From positions 30,668 to 94,667 of the forward strand of contig WGCW01000016.1 in NCBI GenBank assembly GCA_015493585.1: a stretch of DNA of 64,000 nucleotides. Reading direction: 5' to 3'. Shown here in pieces: positions 36,461-45,821 of this stretch. This DNA comes from Acidobacteriota bacterium (GTDB taxonomy: Bacteria; Acidobacteriota; Thermoanaerobaculia; Thermoanaerobaculales; Sulfomarinibacteraceae). Both the position numbers and the translations under genes were made by a program. Under the pieces are notes generated by a model that searched no databases, was not told the DNA's origin, and saw only the letters and a list, made by a program, of their open reading frames with translations. Numbering within the stretch: position 1 is the first letter of the stretch; each line of letters starts with the position of its first letter.

Positions 36461-37248
36461 AGGAGACCTCCCAAACCCAGCACGATGACGAGCAGACCCA
36501 CGGGAAGACAGTACCACGCAAAGCGGTGAAAACTGCGGGATGTCACGGTCCGGATGACGAGACCCAACGCCACGTACCCGGAGATTCCGGCCGTCACAGC
36601 GCCGGCGAAACACGCAATCCAGAAAGCGTGTCCACTGGCCGCCAGCTGCCCGCGGTTCCCAACGACCTCGACCAGAGTCGCCCCGGCGATCGCAGGCACA
36701 CTGAGAAGAAACGAGAATCTCGCCGCCCAACTCCGGTCGAGGCCGATACCGAGCCCCGCAGCGATCGTCGTTCCCGATCTCGAAAGACCCGGGAAGACAG
36801 CAAGCCCCTGCGCCAGGCCGATCCCCGCAGCCTGTTTCCACGTCATGTTCGTTTCGGTGCTCCCCCGGCCCGTCAAGAAGCGGGTGCTCAGGACAATGGC
36901 ACCGGTGATGAGGAGGAAAATGCCCACCTCCTCAGCATGGCCGAAACCCGCCTCGGCGACGTGACGCAACGGCAGGCCAAACACCCCGGTGGCCACGGTT
37001 CCCAGGGCAAGAAACCAGATCAGCCGCCACCCGGAGGCCGTCGTCAGCCACCGGAGAATGAGCCGCCGCTCGGCCCACACGACAGCGGCGGCCGTGCCAA
37101 CGTGGAGCATCGCATCGAACACGACGCCCGGCTGATGAAAACCGGGGATCAGCATTTGGGCCAGCGCCAGGTGACCTGAGGAGGATACCGGGAGAAACTC
37201 CGTCAATCCCTGGATCAATCCAAGGATCATTGCCTGCCATACGCTCAT
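36457..37248 (-). CDS. uppP: Undecaprenyl-diphosphate phosphatase
   Basis: MSVWQAMILGLIQGLTEFLPVSSSGHLAL... and ...PGLSRSGTTI... are BacA/UppP signature motifs. The ATG at 37248 sits 6 nt after GGGAGG; the tracked ORF starts at 37284. Confidence 0.88.
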   Translation of the reverse strand: MSVWQAMILGLIQGLTEFLPVSSSGHLALAQMLIPGFHQPGVVFDAMLHVGTAAAVVWAERRLILRWLTTASGWRLIWFLALGTVATGVFGLPLRHVAEAGFGHAEEVGIFLLITGAIVLSTRFLTGRGSTETNMTWKQAAGIGLAQGLAVFPGLSRSGTTIAAGLGIGLDRSWAARFSFLLSVPAIAGATLVEVVGNRGQLAASGHAFWIACFAGAVTAGISGYVALGLVIRTVTSRSFHRFAWYCLPVGLLVIVLGLGGLL

Positions 37249-37500
37249 CAGCATCCTCCCAGCGGTCATGACTTCCGTGCCCATCCGTCGCCCACGGAGT
37301 GTACGAACGAGGGGGCCGTTGACCCCGCCTCACCACACGAGGCCGAAGACGGCAGAGGCCCCAACGCTCCCGCGCTCTTCGCCCGCGAACGTGCCGCATC
37401 TCACCCCACAACGGACGAATGAGCCATCATCCGCCTCTGATGTTACCACCGAGCCGGGCTGAAACCCGGAGCTCTCCGGCCGTTGCGACGGCACGCGCCG

Positions 37501-39075
37501 TCACGATGATCCCTTTCGCGCGGGCTGACCCGCTGGATCGAGCGGGAACGCTTCGATGATCCGGACGCGGATCCCGCGGGCCCGCATGCTCCGGACGCGC
37601 TCTTTCAGCTTCGACACCGGATGGCCGAGCCAGCGGAAGCGATCCGGAAGGTGGAAGAGCACGCGGCCCTGCGCTCCGGTTGGGACCTCATCGAGAGTCA
37701 GACGCCTGACAATCACATCGTCGCGGTCCAGGACCCAATCGAAGAGCGCTCCCGCATCGATCAGGCCGTCTGGGTCGGAGCCACGGACAAAGAACGGTTT
37801 CCCCACGCCTAAGAGATGCCGTGCGATGTTGGCCAACGGCGTGTTGGACTCCATCCGAACGACGAGAACCGGTTCACGAAGCGGCAAGGTTGGGGTCACG
37901 GCTTCCGCCTCGGCCAGCAGGCGCGCGTGGGCGTCAGAGACCCGCCTCCAATCGGCGAGATCGGCACGTGTTGTCCTGATGCTGGCCGCGCCAGTCAGGA
38001 CGACGACACACACGATCACGGCGGTGACGGGACGAACGGCCCGTTCGGGAAGCCGGCCCGACATCTCGTTGGCAACTCCCGCGATGAGCAGCAAAAATCC
38101 AGCATACGGGATTGCCGTGTACCGCTGAGGCTGGAACGGTACGAAGAGCGTCGGAAGCAGCGGAATGAAAAGAAAGGCGGAGCCCACGACAGCCGCCCTG
38201 GAACGGTTCCGCCACCCGATGGCCATGAGGGCCCCAACGGCACAGGAGGCCAGCACACCGGTCCAGTGCAGCCGGAACGCCATCGGCGCGAGCTCCTCCA
38301 TCCACAGAAACGACGCCAGCATGTTCGGGACCTTGAGGAGCGGATGCCATGAGAAGCTGAAATATCCACCCGTCGTTGGGATCAGGAGAAAGCGGAGGAC
38401 CGTGTACATGACGGCGGGAACGGCAAGGATCGCTGCGGGTTTCAAAGATTTCTTCCAACGCCACCCTCCGGCCGCGAGATCGATGACAAAGACGAGCGCA
38501 GGGGTCACGACCCAGCTCTCCTTGGTCAGCAGGAGCGCCACGACGAGCACCGCCACCCCGGCCTGCCTCCAGGCCGTCCATCGCTCGCTCCGCTCCGTCG
38601 ATGGCCAGACGAGCACCAGCGCCATCCAGAAGATCAGCAAGAAGTTCTGGTGCCGGATCGCGGCCGAGACCGCGTTTTCATCGGTAAACGGCGCCACAGA
38701 CCACAGCAGGGCGATGACCGTCGCCGCCAGCGGTGAGAGGCTGAGCCTCCTCGCGCCCAGAAGCAACAGAGCCGCTGCCACAATGTGGATCAGCAGTGTC
38801 GTCGCATGGGAGCCGGCGGGATGCGTTCCCCACAGGAGTCTGTCGAGCATGAAGCTCCAGTTTGTCAACGGCCGGAAGAACTGCCCCAGCGGGGCGAGCA
38901 GCAGCCGGGCATTGTGCAGCGTCTCGTGGGCAAACTGGGCCATCTGGTAGTCATCCCCAGTCAATTGAAACCCAAACACCGGCAGGTACACCAGGACAAT
39001 GACGCACGCCGCGAGCCCGATCCCCGCTGCAACCACCCACCGTTGCGCCCTCCAAGAGGCAAAACGCTCGTTCAT
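37501..39075 (-). CDS. Polytopic membrane protein, GT-C-like (PMT_2/TMTC-like) glycosyltransferase candidate
   Basis: About 524 aa from MNERFASW... It has many TM helices and an early ...FQLTGDDYQM... acidic loop motif. The ATG at 39075 overlaps the rsmA stop (ATGA). Confidence 0.55.
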   Translation of the reverse strand: MNERFASWRAQRWVVAAGIGLAACVIVLVYLPVFGFQLTGDDYQMAQFAHETLHNARLLLAPLGQFFRPLTNWSFMLDRLLWGTHPAGSHATTLLIHIVAAALLLLGARRLSLSPLAATVIALLWSVAPFTDENAVSAAIRHQNFLLIFWMALVLVWPSTERSERWTAWRQAGVAVLVVALLLTKESWVVTPALVFVIDLAAGGWRWKKSLKPAAILAVPAVMYTVLRFLLIPTTGGYFSFSWHPLLKVPNMLASFLWMEELAPMAFRLHWTGVLASCAVGALMAIGWRNRSRAAVVGSAFLFIPLLPTLFVPFQPQRYTAIPYAGFLLLIAGVANEMSGRLPERAVRPVTAVIVCVVVLTGAASIRTTRADLADWRRVSDAHARLLAEAEAVTPTLPLREPVLVVRMESNTPLANIARHLLGVGKPFFVRGSDPDGLIDAGALFDWVLDRDDVIVRRLTLDEVPTGAQGRVLFHLPDRFRWLGHPVSKLKERVRSMRARGIRVRIIEAFPLDPAGQPARKGSS

Positions 39076-39854
39076 CCGTCCCCTCCGGCGCGGTACGTTT
39101 TGGCGAGCCGCACCCAGCCGTCGAGATCGACGTCCCCCGGCCGGCACGACGGTGTCAGGCCGGCCGCGAGGAGATCACCGGACGGCACGGCCGGCCGTAC
39201 AGCGTTCGACAGCATCTTCCGGGGTGTCGTCAAGGCGTGTGCAGCGAGCGCCAACGCCCGGTTGAGGGTTTCGGCATCGTACCGGGACGGGTGCAGATCG
39301 ATGACCAGGACTGCCGACATCACGCGTGGACGCGGCCGGAACGCCTGTGGCGGCACGGAAAACGCGATGCGCGCGTCCGCCCAAGCTGCCCGCTCCAGGG
39401 CCAGCAGACCATGGGCCTTCTCGCCAGGTTGTGCGACGATCCGCCGGGCCACCTCGAGTTGCAGCATGACGGCCAGGCGGGAGATGACGCCGTGCAACGG
39501 AAGAAGCCTCCGGAGGATCGCGGTCCCGACGGAGTACGGCAGGTTGGCCGCGACCTGCCACGGCGCCTCTTCTTTGAGTAAGGTGGCAAACGGCACCGTC
39601 AGCGCGTCGTTATGGAGAATTTCGACGTGCTGATCGGCAAACCGCTCTTCAAGCCCCGGGATGAGATGTTCGTCAAGCTCCAGCGCGAGCACGCGCTCGA
39701 ACCGCTGCGCCAGCACCCCGGTCAACGCGCCACGGCCAGGGCCGATTTCGAGGACCCTTGGCGGATCGTCTTCGAGGAGGCCAGCGATCCGGCCAATCAC
39801 CCGGCGATCGGTCAGAAAGTGTTGCCCAAGCCTCTTGCGCCGTGGCCTGCCCAT
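39072..39854 (-). CDS. rsmA: 16S rRNA (adenine1518/1519-N6)-dimethyltransferase
   Basis: 260 aa. ...KRLGQHFLTD... and VLEIGPGRGALT (SAM-binding) are KsgA signatures. Confidence 0.9.
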   Translation of the reverse strand: MGRPRRKRLGQHFLTDRRVIGRIAGLLEDDPPRVLEIGPGRGALTGVLAQRFERVLALELDEHLIPGLEERFADQHVEILHNDALTVPFATLLKEEAPWQVAANLPYSVGTAILRRLLPLHGVISRLAVMLQLEVARRIVAQPGEKAHGLLALERAAWADARIAFSVPPQAFRPRPRVMSAVLVIDLHPSRYDAETLNRALALAAHALTTPRKMLSNAVRPAVPSGDLLAAGLTPSCRPGDVDLDGWVRLAKTYRAGGDG

Positions 39855-39892
39855 CCGCCCCCCCTACGCCGGGCCGTGCTCCACGCTGCGCC

Positions 39893-40696
39893 CTACCTGC
39901 GGCGGCACGCTTCGGCCAGCGGCGTGACGAACCGCTGGATGGTGTCTGCTAGCGCATCGTTCGCGCCGATCCGGGCGATCTGGTCGACGATCGCCGAGCC
40001 AACAACGACACCGTCTGCAAGACGGGCGGCCTCAGCCACCTGCCGCGGCGAGGAGATGCCAAATCCAACGGCGACCGGCAGCTTGCTGAGTTTCTTGACG
40101 GCGCGCAGCTCTGTGTCAAGCGACCGTCCGAGATGCGTCTGAACCCCGGTCACGCCCGTCCTGGACACGTAGTAGAGAAACCCCCTGCTGAGCCGCGCGG
40201 CCGCCCGGATGCGCTCCTTGGTCGATGTCGGCGTCACCAGGAGCACCGGATCGAGCCCAGCCGCGGTGAACGCCGGCCGGAACCGTTCCATCTCCTCCAC
40301 CGGAACGTCGGTCAGCAACACCCCGTCCGCCCCTGCGGACGCGGCGTCCTCAGCGAAGCGCCGCACCCCGTACTGCACAACGGGATTGGCGTAGGTGAAG
40401 AGCACAACCGGCAGATCCTCTCCAGCCGACCGGATGGCGGCAACGGTCTCGATGACACCCCGGGGTGTCATCCCCGCCTCAAGCGCGCGCTCCGCAGCCC
40501 GCTGGTTGGTTGGACCGTCCGCGATCGGGTCGGAGAACGGGATGCCGAGCTCCACAACGTCCGCGCCGCCACGCCTGAGCGCACGCACAATCCCGACGGT
40601 GTGATCGGGCGCCGGATCCCCAGCTGTCACGTACGCCACGAACGCCGCTCGCCGTTCCTTCCGCGCCGCCTGAAAAACATCGGCAAGGCGGCTCAT
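39893..40696 (-). CDS. trpA: Tryptophan synthase alpha chain
   Basis: 267 aa. ...[11 protein letters not shown]..., [17 protein letters not shown] and ...GFGISSP... It has a 4-nt overlap with trpB. Confidence 0.92.
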   Translation of the reverse strand: MSRLADVFQAARKERRAAFVAYVTAGDPAPDHTVGIVRALRRGGADVVELGIPFSDPIADGPTNQRAAERALEAGMTPRGVIETVAAIRSAGEDLPVVLFTYANPVVQYGVRRFAEDAASAGADGVLLTDVPVEEMERFRPAFTAAGLDPVLLVTPTSTKERIRAAARLSRGFLYYVSRTGVTGVQTHLGRSLDTELRAVKKLSKLPVAVGFGISSPRQVAEAARLADGVVVGSAIVDQIARIGANDALADTIQRFVTPLAEACRRR

Positions 40697-41889
40697 ACGC
40701 TCCCCCCTTCGAGACGGCCGACCTCGTCGAGATCCTTGTCGCCCCTCCCGGAGAGGTTGACGAGGATGTTGGCCTTCAGCGGCATTGCAGGTGCCACCTT
40801 GATCGCGTACGCGATCGCGTGTGCCGATTCCAGCGCCGGAATGATGCCCTCCGTTTCGGACAGGAGATGAAACGATCCGAGCGCCTCACGGTCCCCGATC
40901 CGCGTGTAGCTGACGCGGCCGGTATCGTGCCACATCGCGTGCTCGGGTCCGATCGCCGGGTAGTCGAGCCCCGCGGAGACCGAGTGGGTTGGCTCGACCT
41001 GACCGTCGGCGTCCTGGAGGAGCCAGGTATAGGTCCCGTGGATGACGCCAGGCCTCCCCGAGCCCGCAAAGCGCGCGGCGTGCTCGCCGGCACCAGTTCC
41101 GCGCCCCCCCGCTTCGACGGCGACCAGCCGCACCCGTTCGTGGGGGATGAACGCCGAGAAGATCCCCGCTGCGTTCGATCCACCGCCGACGCAGGCGACC
41201 ACGAGATCCGGCAGGCCTCGCGTGGCCTTGCGGAACTGTCCAAACGCCTCACGGCCGATCACCGACTGGAAGTCGCGCACGATCATCGGGTACGGGTGCG
41301 GTCCCAGGACGGATCCGAGGATGTAGTGGGTCGTCCGCACGTTGGTCACCCAGTCGCGCAGCGCCTCGTTGATCGCGTCCTTGAGCGTCCGCGACCCGGA
41401 CTCGACCGGCACCACCTCGGCCCCGAGAAGCCGCATCCGCCGCACGTTCGGGGCCTGGCGCCGCATATCCTCTGAGCCCATGTACACCCGGCACATCAAA
41501 CCGAGCAGCGCGGCTGCCGTTGCCACCGCCACCCCGTGCTGGCCAGCGCCAGTCTCGGCGATCACCCGCTCCTTCCCCATCTTCCGGGCCAGCAGCGCCT
41601 GACCGAGCGCATTGTTGATCTTGTGAGCCCCGGTATGGCAGAGATCTTCGCGCTTCAGCCAGATCCGCGCGCCCCCCATGCGGGCCGATAACCGGTTCGC
41701 CAGGTAGAGCGGTGTCGGCCGCCCAACGTAGGATGCCAGAAGCTCATCGAGCCGCCCCTGAAATTCCCGGTCGCGGCGCGCCCGCTGGTACGCCTTGCTC
41801 AGCTCTGCGAGCGGCGCCATCAACGTCTCCGGCACGAAGCTGCCGCCGTAGACGCCAAAATATCCCTTCTCGTCAGGTCCAGCTTTCAT
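40693..41889 (-). CDS. trpB: Tryptophan synthase beta chain
   Basis: [24 protein letters not shown]..., HTGAHKINN (PLP lysine) and GGGSNAAG. The ATG at 41889 is preceded by GGGGGA. The tracked ORF extends to 42012 inside trpF. Confidence 0.92.
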   Translation of the reverse strand: MKAGPDEKGYFGVYGGSFVPETLMAPLAELSKAYQRARRDREFQGRLDELLASYVGRPTPLYLANRLSARMGGARIWLKREDLCHTGAHKINNALGQALLARKMGKERVIAETGAGQHGVAVATAAALLGLMCRVYMGSEDMRRQAPNVRRMRLLGAEVVPVESGSRTLKDAINEALRDWVTNVRTTHYILGSVLGPHPYPMIVRDFQSVIGREAFGQFRKATRGLPDLVVACVGGGSNAAGIFSAFIPHERVRLVAVEAGGRGTGAGEHAARFAGSGRPGVIHGTYTWLLQDADGQVEPTHSVSAGLDYPAIGPEHAMWHDTGRVSYTRIGDREALGSFHLLSETEGIIPALESAHAIAYAIKVAPAMPLKANILVNLSGRGDKDLDEVGRLEGGSV

Positions 41890-42526
41890 CGTTCCCCCGA
41901 TCCGTCCCCGATTGTATCGCACCGCTCCCGGCCGCTCGAACCGCCTCAACGAACGCCTTGATCCGGGCCGGATCTTTGAGCCCGGGCGCACGCTCGACGC
42001 CGGAGGAAACATCGACGAGCGCCGGCTGGATCTGTCGGATCACCTCACCCACCGTCTCCGGACGCAATCCGCCAGCCACGCCGAAACGCAGGCCCGCCGG
42101 ACGATCCGTCAAGAGCGCACGATCGAAGGCGATCCCATCTCCGGCGCCCGGGTCGAGCAGAGGGAGACACCGCCCGGCGAGCTCACCGACCCGCCGCCAA
42201 TCGACGGTGCCCGCCAGCGGCACGCGCCGGAGCACATGCGGCCCGAGACGGTCGAGGTACCAGCCGGGCTCAGAGCCGTGCAGTTGAATCCAGTCGAGCC
42301 CCAGCTCACGCCGGATCGCCACGATGAGCTCGAGCGGCTGATCCCGGAAGACACCGGCCTTCGCGGCACCCCGGAGACCGCGAATCCAGCGAGCCTGCGC
42401 CGGATCAAGCGCCCGCGGGGTCCCGGGCACGAAGACAAAGCCAACGAGGTCCGCACCGGCCTCAATGGCCGCACCGGCGTCTTCTGGCCGCGTCAGCCCG
42501 CAGATCTTGACGAGCACCCGTTCCAC
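41873..42526 (-). CDS. trpF: Phosphoribosylanthranilate isomerase
   Basis: 217 aa, GTG start. ...[12 protein letters not shown]...GADLVGFVF... and ...IQLHG... are PRAI motifs. Confidence 0.88.
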   Translation of the reverse strand: MERVLVKICGLTRPEDAGAAIEAGADLVGFVFVPGTPRALDPAQARWIRGLRGAAKAGVFRDQPLELIVAIRRELGLDWIQLHGSEPGWYLDRLGPHVLRRVPLAGTVDWRRVGELAGRCLPLLDPGAGDGIAFDRALLTDRPAGLRFGVAGGLRPETVGEVIRQIQPALVDVSSGVERAPGLKDPARIKAFVEAVRAAGSGAIQSGTDRGNDESWT

Positions 42527-42578
42527 GACGTCACCCTAGCAGACTCCCGGGCAAGGGCGCTGGTCCAGCTCAGTTGGA

Positions 42579-42764
42579 GGTTGTTGTGCTGTGCGGCGTC
42601 GGCCGGAGACAGCCTTGGAGCGCGGACGAGCGTCCGATGCGGACTGAAGTCCGCGCTCCCTCGGGGGCTCTCCCCGCGACCGGTCGCCTTGGCGTGGGCG
42701 CGAGCGAGCTTCGATCGTGGCCGTATCCACTGGAATCACGCGGGCTCCGCACAGCGCAACAACC
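42579..42764. repeat. Structured intergenic repeat, copy B (related to 12454..12672)
   Basis: An 18-bp terminal inverted repeat (GGTTGTTGTGCTGTGCGG / CCGCACAGCGCAACAACC, one G-T position) encloses hairpins CGGAC-GAGC-GTCCG and GCGGAC-TGAA-GTCCGC. Its 3' end abuts the stop codon of the 42765..44393 gene. Confidence 0.6.
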
Positions 42765-44393
42765 TCACTTGGGATGAGGCAGAGGGATCACTGTGCCGCC
42801 CCAGATGTCGGTCGCCGCCTCGCTCACGACGACGGCGAGGTTTTTCGCCTTGACCGGCCACCGGAGCAGGCAGCTGCCGACCCAGTCTCCCTGGCTGTCG
42901 ACGAGGCGCAGCGGCTGCGGCTTCCACTGGGTCATAAACGGCGTCAACGCCCCGAAATCGGCGGCGATCGTCAACCGGATCTTCGGCGCTCCCGTTTCGT
43001 GGAACAGCTCGAGGAACCGGGACATGTTCGTCCTGACCACCAGCCGTCCACGGTATCCCTTCCTCTTGCTGCCGGACAGCCCGGTCAGTTGGGCGGTGAC
43101 ATGAAGGTCGCCGTTCACCCGCCGGTGGTCGAGCAGACTCAACGCCCAGTTGCGGTCGATGCCGGCCTTCGTAACGCTACGGACAAGCCGTGGTGCGTAG
43201 ATGACGATCCCGTGCCGCCGCGGCGTGATCTCGACGTGGTGCAGTTTGCCGTCGGGCGGCCGCGTGACCGTGTAGGTGAGCTCGTACGCTTTAACATACG
43301 TGTGCAGCGTCTTGGTCAATGCCTTCGGCGAGGCGGCGACAGAACCACCCGAGACGCCCGCCGTAATGCGCAGCGGTTCGTTCGGGTGGAGCAGCATCGT
43401 GCCCTGGTTGGGCGTCATCCCCACTGCATACGGGCTTTCGGCCGTCTCGAAGCGGGTATTCCCCGAGACATCGGCCGTCGAAGTCGTGTCGGTCTGAGCG
43501 ACGCCGCCGGTAAACGAGACCACCGTCCACCCCATCCCGGCCAGCTCCTGGCTGACCTGCTCGAAAAGGGCAGCAACGGAAGTCTCGTTGACCACATCGT
43601 GCTCCGGCAAAGTCTTGCGGCCCGGCAGCGCGCCCCCGCTGGCCCACTGCACGTAGGTCGAGTAGTACTCCCACGGGTTGAGATCGAACCCGCCGGAAAT
43701 GACCAGCAGGATCCGGTCCTGGAGCCGGGGCTGGGAGACGGCCCAGATCTGCATCCGTTCGATCTCCCGGCGGATCACGGCCTCCTCCTGCCGGTAGTTC
43801 ATGGCGGCTAAACGGCTCGTCAAGCCCATGGAGCCGTTGAGATCGCGGTTGAACTGCCTCCGTAACCTCGAAATCTTTTGATGTGGAGGGTACTTCCGGG
43901 GCAGCACACCGAGAATGCGCATCAGAGCTCCTGGAGCCGTCACGCCATCTGCCACGACGCGCGGCGCCGGATCGGCCACGACGATGCGGACAGGCCCGAG
44001 CGCCGTTAGTTGAGCCGCGTCTTTTATAAGTCCCTTGATCGCCGAGCGCATCCGGCCACGGTCGAGGAGCTCGTTCTGAAAGTAGAGCGTGACGGCCGGG
44101 GCGCGCGTCCTGCCTGCAGCATGGGCCGTGAGAAACGGGACAACCGTCACGCGCCCGACCGGCTTGCCGTCTTCGAGCACGCGGATGTCCTTTGGCGTCA
44201 GGTCGCTGACCGGGTTGCCGTGCGCATCGACCGCCCGGACGAGCATCCGGATCGACGTGACGGACAACGATCCCGAGAACGTACCCCTCGTCTGCGGCCT
44301 GCCAGCCAGCGCCGGCCCTGCCAGAAGGACACACCCAACGAAAAGGCACACCAAAAGGAAGCGCCACGAGCTCGGTCTTTGTGAGGCTGCCAT
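42765..44393 (-). CDS. Secreted VWFA-related 'acidobacterial domain' protein
   Basis: Signal/TM segment ...WRFLLVCLFVGCVLLAGPALA, then ...VRAVDAHGNPVSDLTPKDIRVLEDGKPVGRVTVVPF..., the pattern I associate with the VWFA-related acidobacterial domain. A strong purine-rich RBS precedes the ATG at 44393; the tracked ORF starts at 44477. Confidence 0.55.
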   Translation of the reverse strand: MAASQRPSSWRFLLVCLFVGCVLLAGPALAGRPQTRGTFSGSLSVTSIRMLVRAVDAHGNPVSDLTPKDIRVLEDGKPVGRVTVVPFLTAHAAGRTRAPAVTLYFQNELLDRGRMRSAIKGLIKDAAQLTALGPVRIVVADPAPRVVADGVTAPGALMRILGVLPRKYPPHQKISRLRRQFNRDLNGSMGLTSRLAAMNYRQEEAVIRREIERMQIWAVSQPRLQDRILLVISGGFDLNPWEYYSTYVQWASGGALPGRKTLPEHDVVNETSVAALFEQVSQELAGMGWTVVSFTGGVAQTDTTSTADVSGNTRFETAESPYAVGMTPNQGTMLLHPNEPLRITAGVSGGSVAASPKALTKTLHTYVKAYELTYTVTRPPDGKLHHVEITPRRHGIVIYAPRLVRSVTKAGIDRNWALSLLDHRRVNGDLHVTAQLTGLSGSKRKGYRGRLVVRTNMSRFLELFHETGAPKIRLTIAADFGALTPFMTQWKPQPLRLVDSQGDWVGSCLLRWPVKAKNLAVVVSEAATDIWGGTVIPLPHPK

Positions 44394-44520
44394 CTCTTCT
44401 CCTCCTCTCCTCCCTCCGCCTGGTCCCCCCCGACACAACATTTCTGATACCACCCATCGCTTCCCGCACATCCGCATCGCTACTCCCAGTATACGCTTGA
44501 CGGGGAAAAAGTTCTGGCGT

Positions 44521-45385
44521 TGTCATCCAGGAGGTTGCTGCGCTGCTCTGCTCTCTGCGAACCTTTGCGCCCTCTGCGGTTGCGTTCTCCAGATGGATCT
44601 TCAGGAGGTGGGGACAGTGTTGAATATGCCCGCCGCCCAGATCCTTCGAGGCTCGCCTCCGGCACGCCGCTCAGGACGACAAGTGAGGAGCGTCTGCGGC
44701 TCCTCTCGACGACGAACAAGAGTTGCCTAGCACCAGAGAGGCCTGAGAAGGGGACAGTGTTGAATAATCCCGAACGCCGCCGAATGTCATCCTGGGCCGC
44801 CAGACCCCCGCCGCTGTCATCCTGAGCCATGCCCCTTCCCTTGTCATCCTGAGCCGAAGGCGAAGGATCTGGGCGGGGGGCCCAAAAGGCTTCGTGGTGG
44901 GAACGGCGACCACATGAGTAAGGGACAGTGTTGATCTTATCTAGGCCTTCCTCTGCGACCCTCTGCGTTCTCTGCGGTTGGGTTCTCCCGATGGCTCATG
45001 GCGAGCTGGGGACGGTGTTGAATAACTGCTACAGACGTGGAAACAGAAACGCCCTCTTCCCCCCGTCCAGGAGGTTTCTCGCGGGGAACGCCGGGGGCGC
45101 AGAGGAAATCCCGGTGCGTGAGCGATCGTGGCAGCCTTCGGGGAGCTAGCCGGGTGGAAGGCGTCATACTTGCCCGCCTCCCGGCCAGATCCTTCGCGGT
45201 GCGCCTTTGGCGCACCACTCAGGATGACAAGGGAAGGAAAGCGTTCGCCTCCTCAGGATTGCAAGGGAGGGATGGCTGTGGCTCCACCCCCTGATGCTTC
45301 TGCGTTTCGTTCCTCTTCCCACCGGTCTCGCAAAGAAGCGGCGCACAGCGCAGCAACCTCTCCAGATGGCTCCTCCGTCCGCATC
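44521..45385. repeat. Mosaic intergenic repeat cluster 2 (nested copies of the same modules as cluster 1)
   Basis: Four GGGACRGTGTTGA sites (44611, 44751, 44922, 45009). There are three forward and three reverse GTCATCCTGAG-type arms and three CTCTGCG..CTGCGGTTG modules. The terminal 60 bp are near-identical to 29787-29845. Confidence 0.75.
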
Positions 45386-45406
45386 CGGTCCGTGTACCAT
45401 GCCTGT

Positions 45407-45814
45407 ATGGAGATGAGCCGTGATGCGTTCGAGGAGGTCGTGGCCGAGGCGATGGACCTCGTGCCGTTTGCCTTCGCCCAGCTGATGGACAACGTCGTGA
45501 TTCAGGTTCGTGATGTGCCAACCCCGGACATGATTGAATCGGTCGGCCTCGATCCCGCCCGCAGCACGCTTTTCGGGCTTTACAGCGGTGTCTCACTCGA
45601 CCGCCGCGGCGGTGGCTACGGCAACGTCCTCCCCGATGCGATCTTCATCTTCCGCAGGCCGCTCCTGGCCGCCTGCCGGACACGCCCGGAGCTGATCCGT
45701 CAGATCCAGCTCACCCTGCTTCATGAGATCGGCCACCATCTGGGCTTCTCCGACGCCCAGATGCGCGCATGGGAAGATGCCTTCTCGATGATCGATTCCG
45801 GCCCGGTGGTATGA
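45407..45814 (+). CDS. Small zinc metallopeptidase-like protein (zincin fold, HExxH)
   Basis: 135 aa from MEMSRDAFEEVV... It carries LLHEIGHHLGFSD (an HExxH motif) and an overall pattern like the 'possibl zinc metallo-peptidase' family. The upstream 93 codons of the tracked ORF 45128..45814 lie in the repeat cluster and are discounted. Confidence 0.65.
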   Translation: MEMSRDAFEEVVAEAMDLVPFAFAQLMDNVVIQVRDVPTPDMIESVGLDPARSTLFGLYSGVSLDRRGGGYGNVLPDAIFIFRRPLLAACRTRPELIRQIQLTLLHEIGHHLGFSDAQMRAWEDAFSMIDSGPVV

Positions 45815-45821
45815 TCCGCTC

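Noticed and set aside
36461-36841. 127-codon N-terminal extension of ftsK in the tracked ORF
   Set aside because: The extension lies entirely inside uppP in another frame and is Arg/Gly/Cys-rich. The GTG at 36460, with an upstream GAGG, gives a normal FtsK N-terminus that starts just before the first TM helix.
43291-44526. 411-aa same-strand alternative-frame ORF inside the VWFA-related gene (and 7599..8792, 20700..21875, 26310..27485 of the same kind)
   Set aside because: These are overlapping-frame or antisense ORFs with Arg/Pro/Gly-biased composition. The alternative frames carry recognisable domains and ribosome-binding sites.
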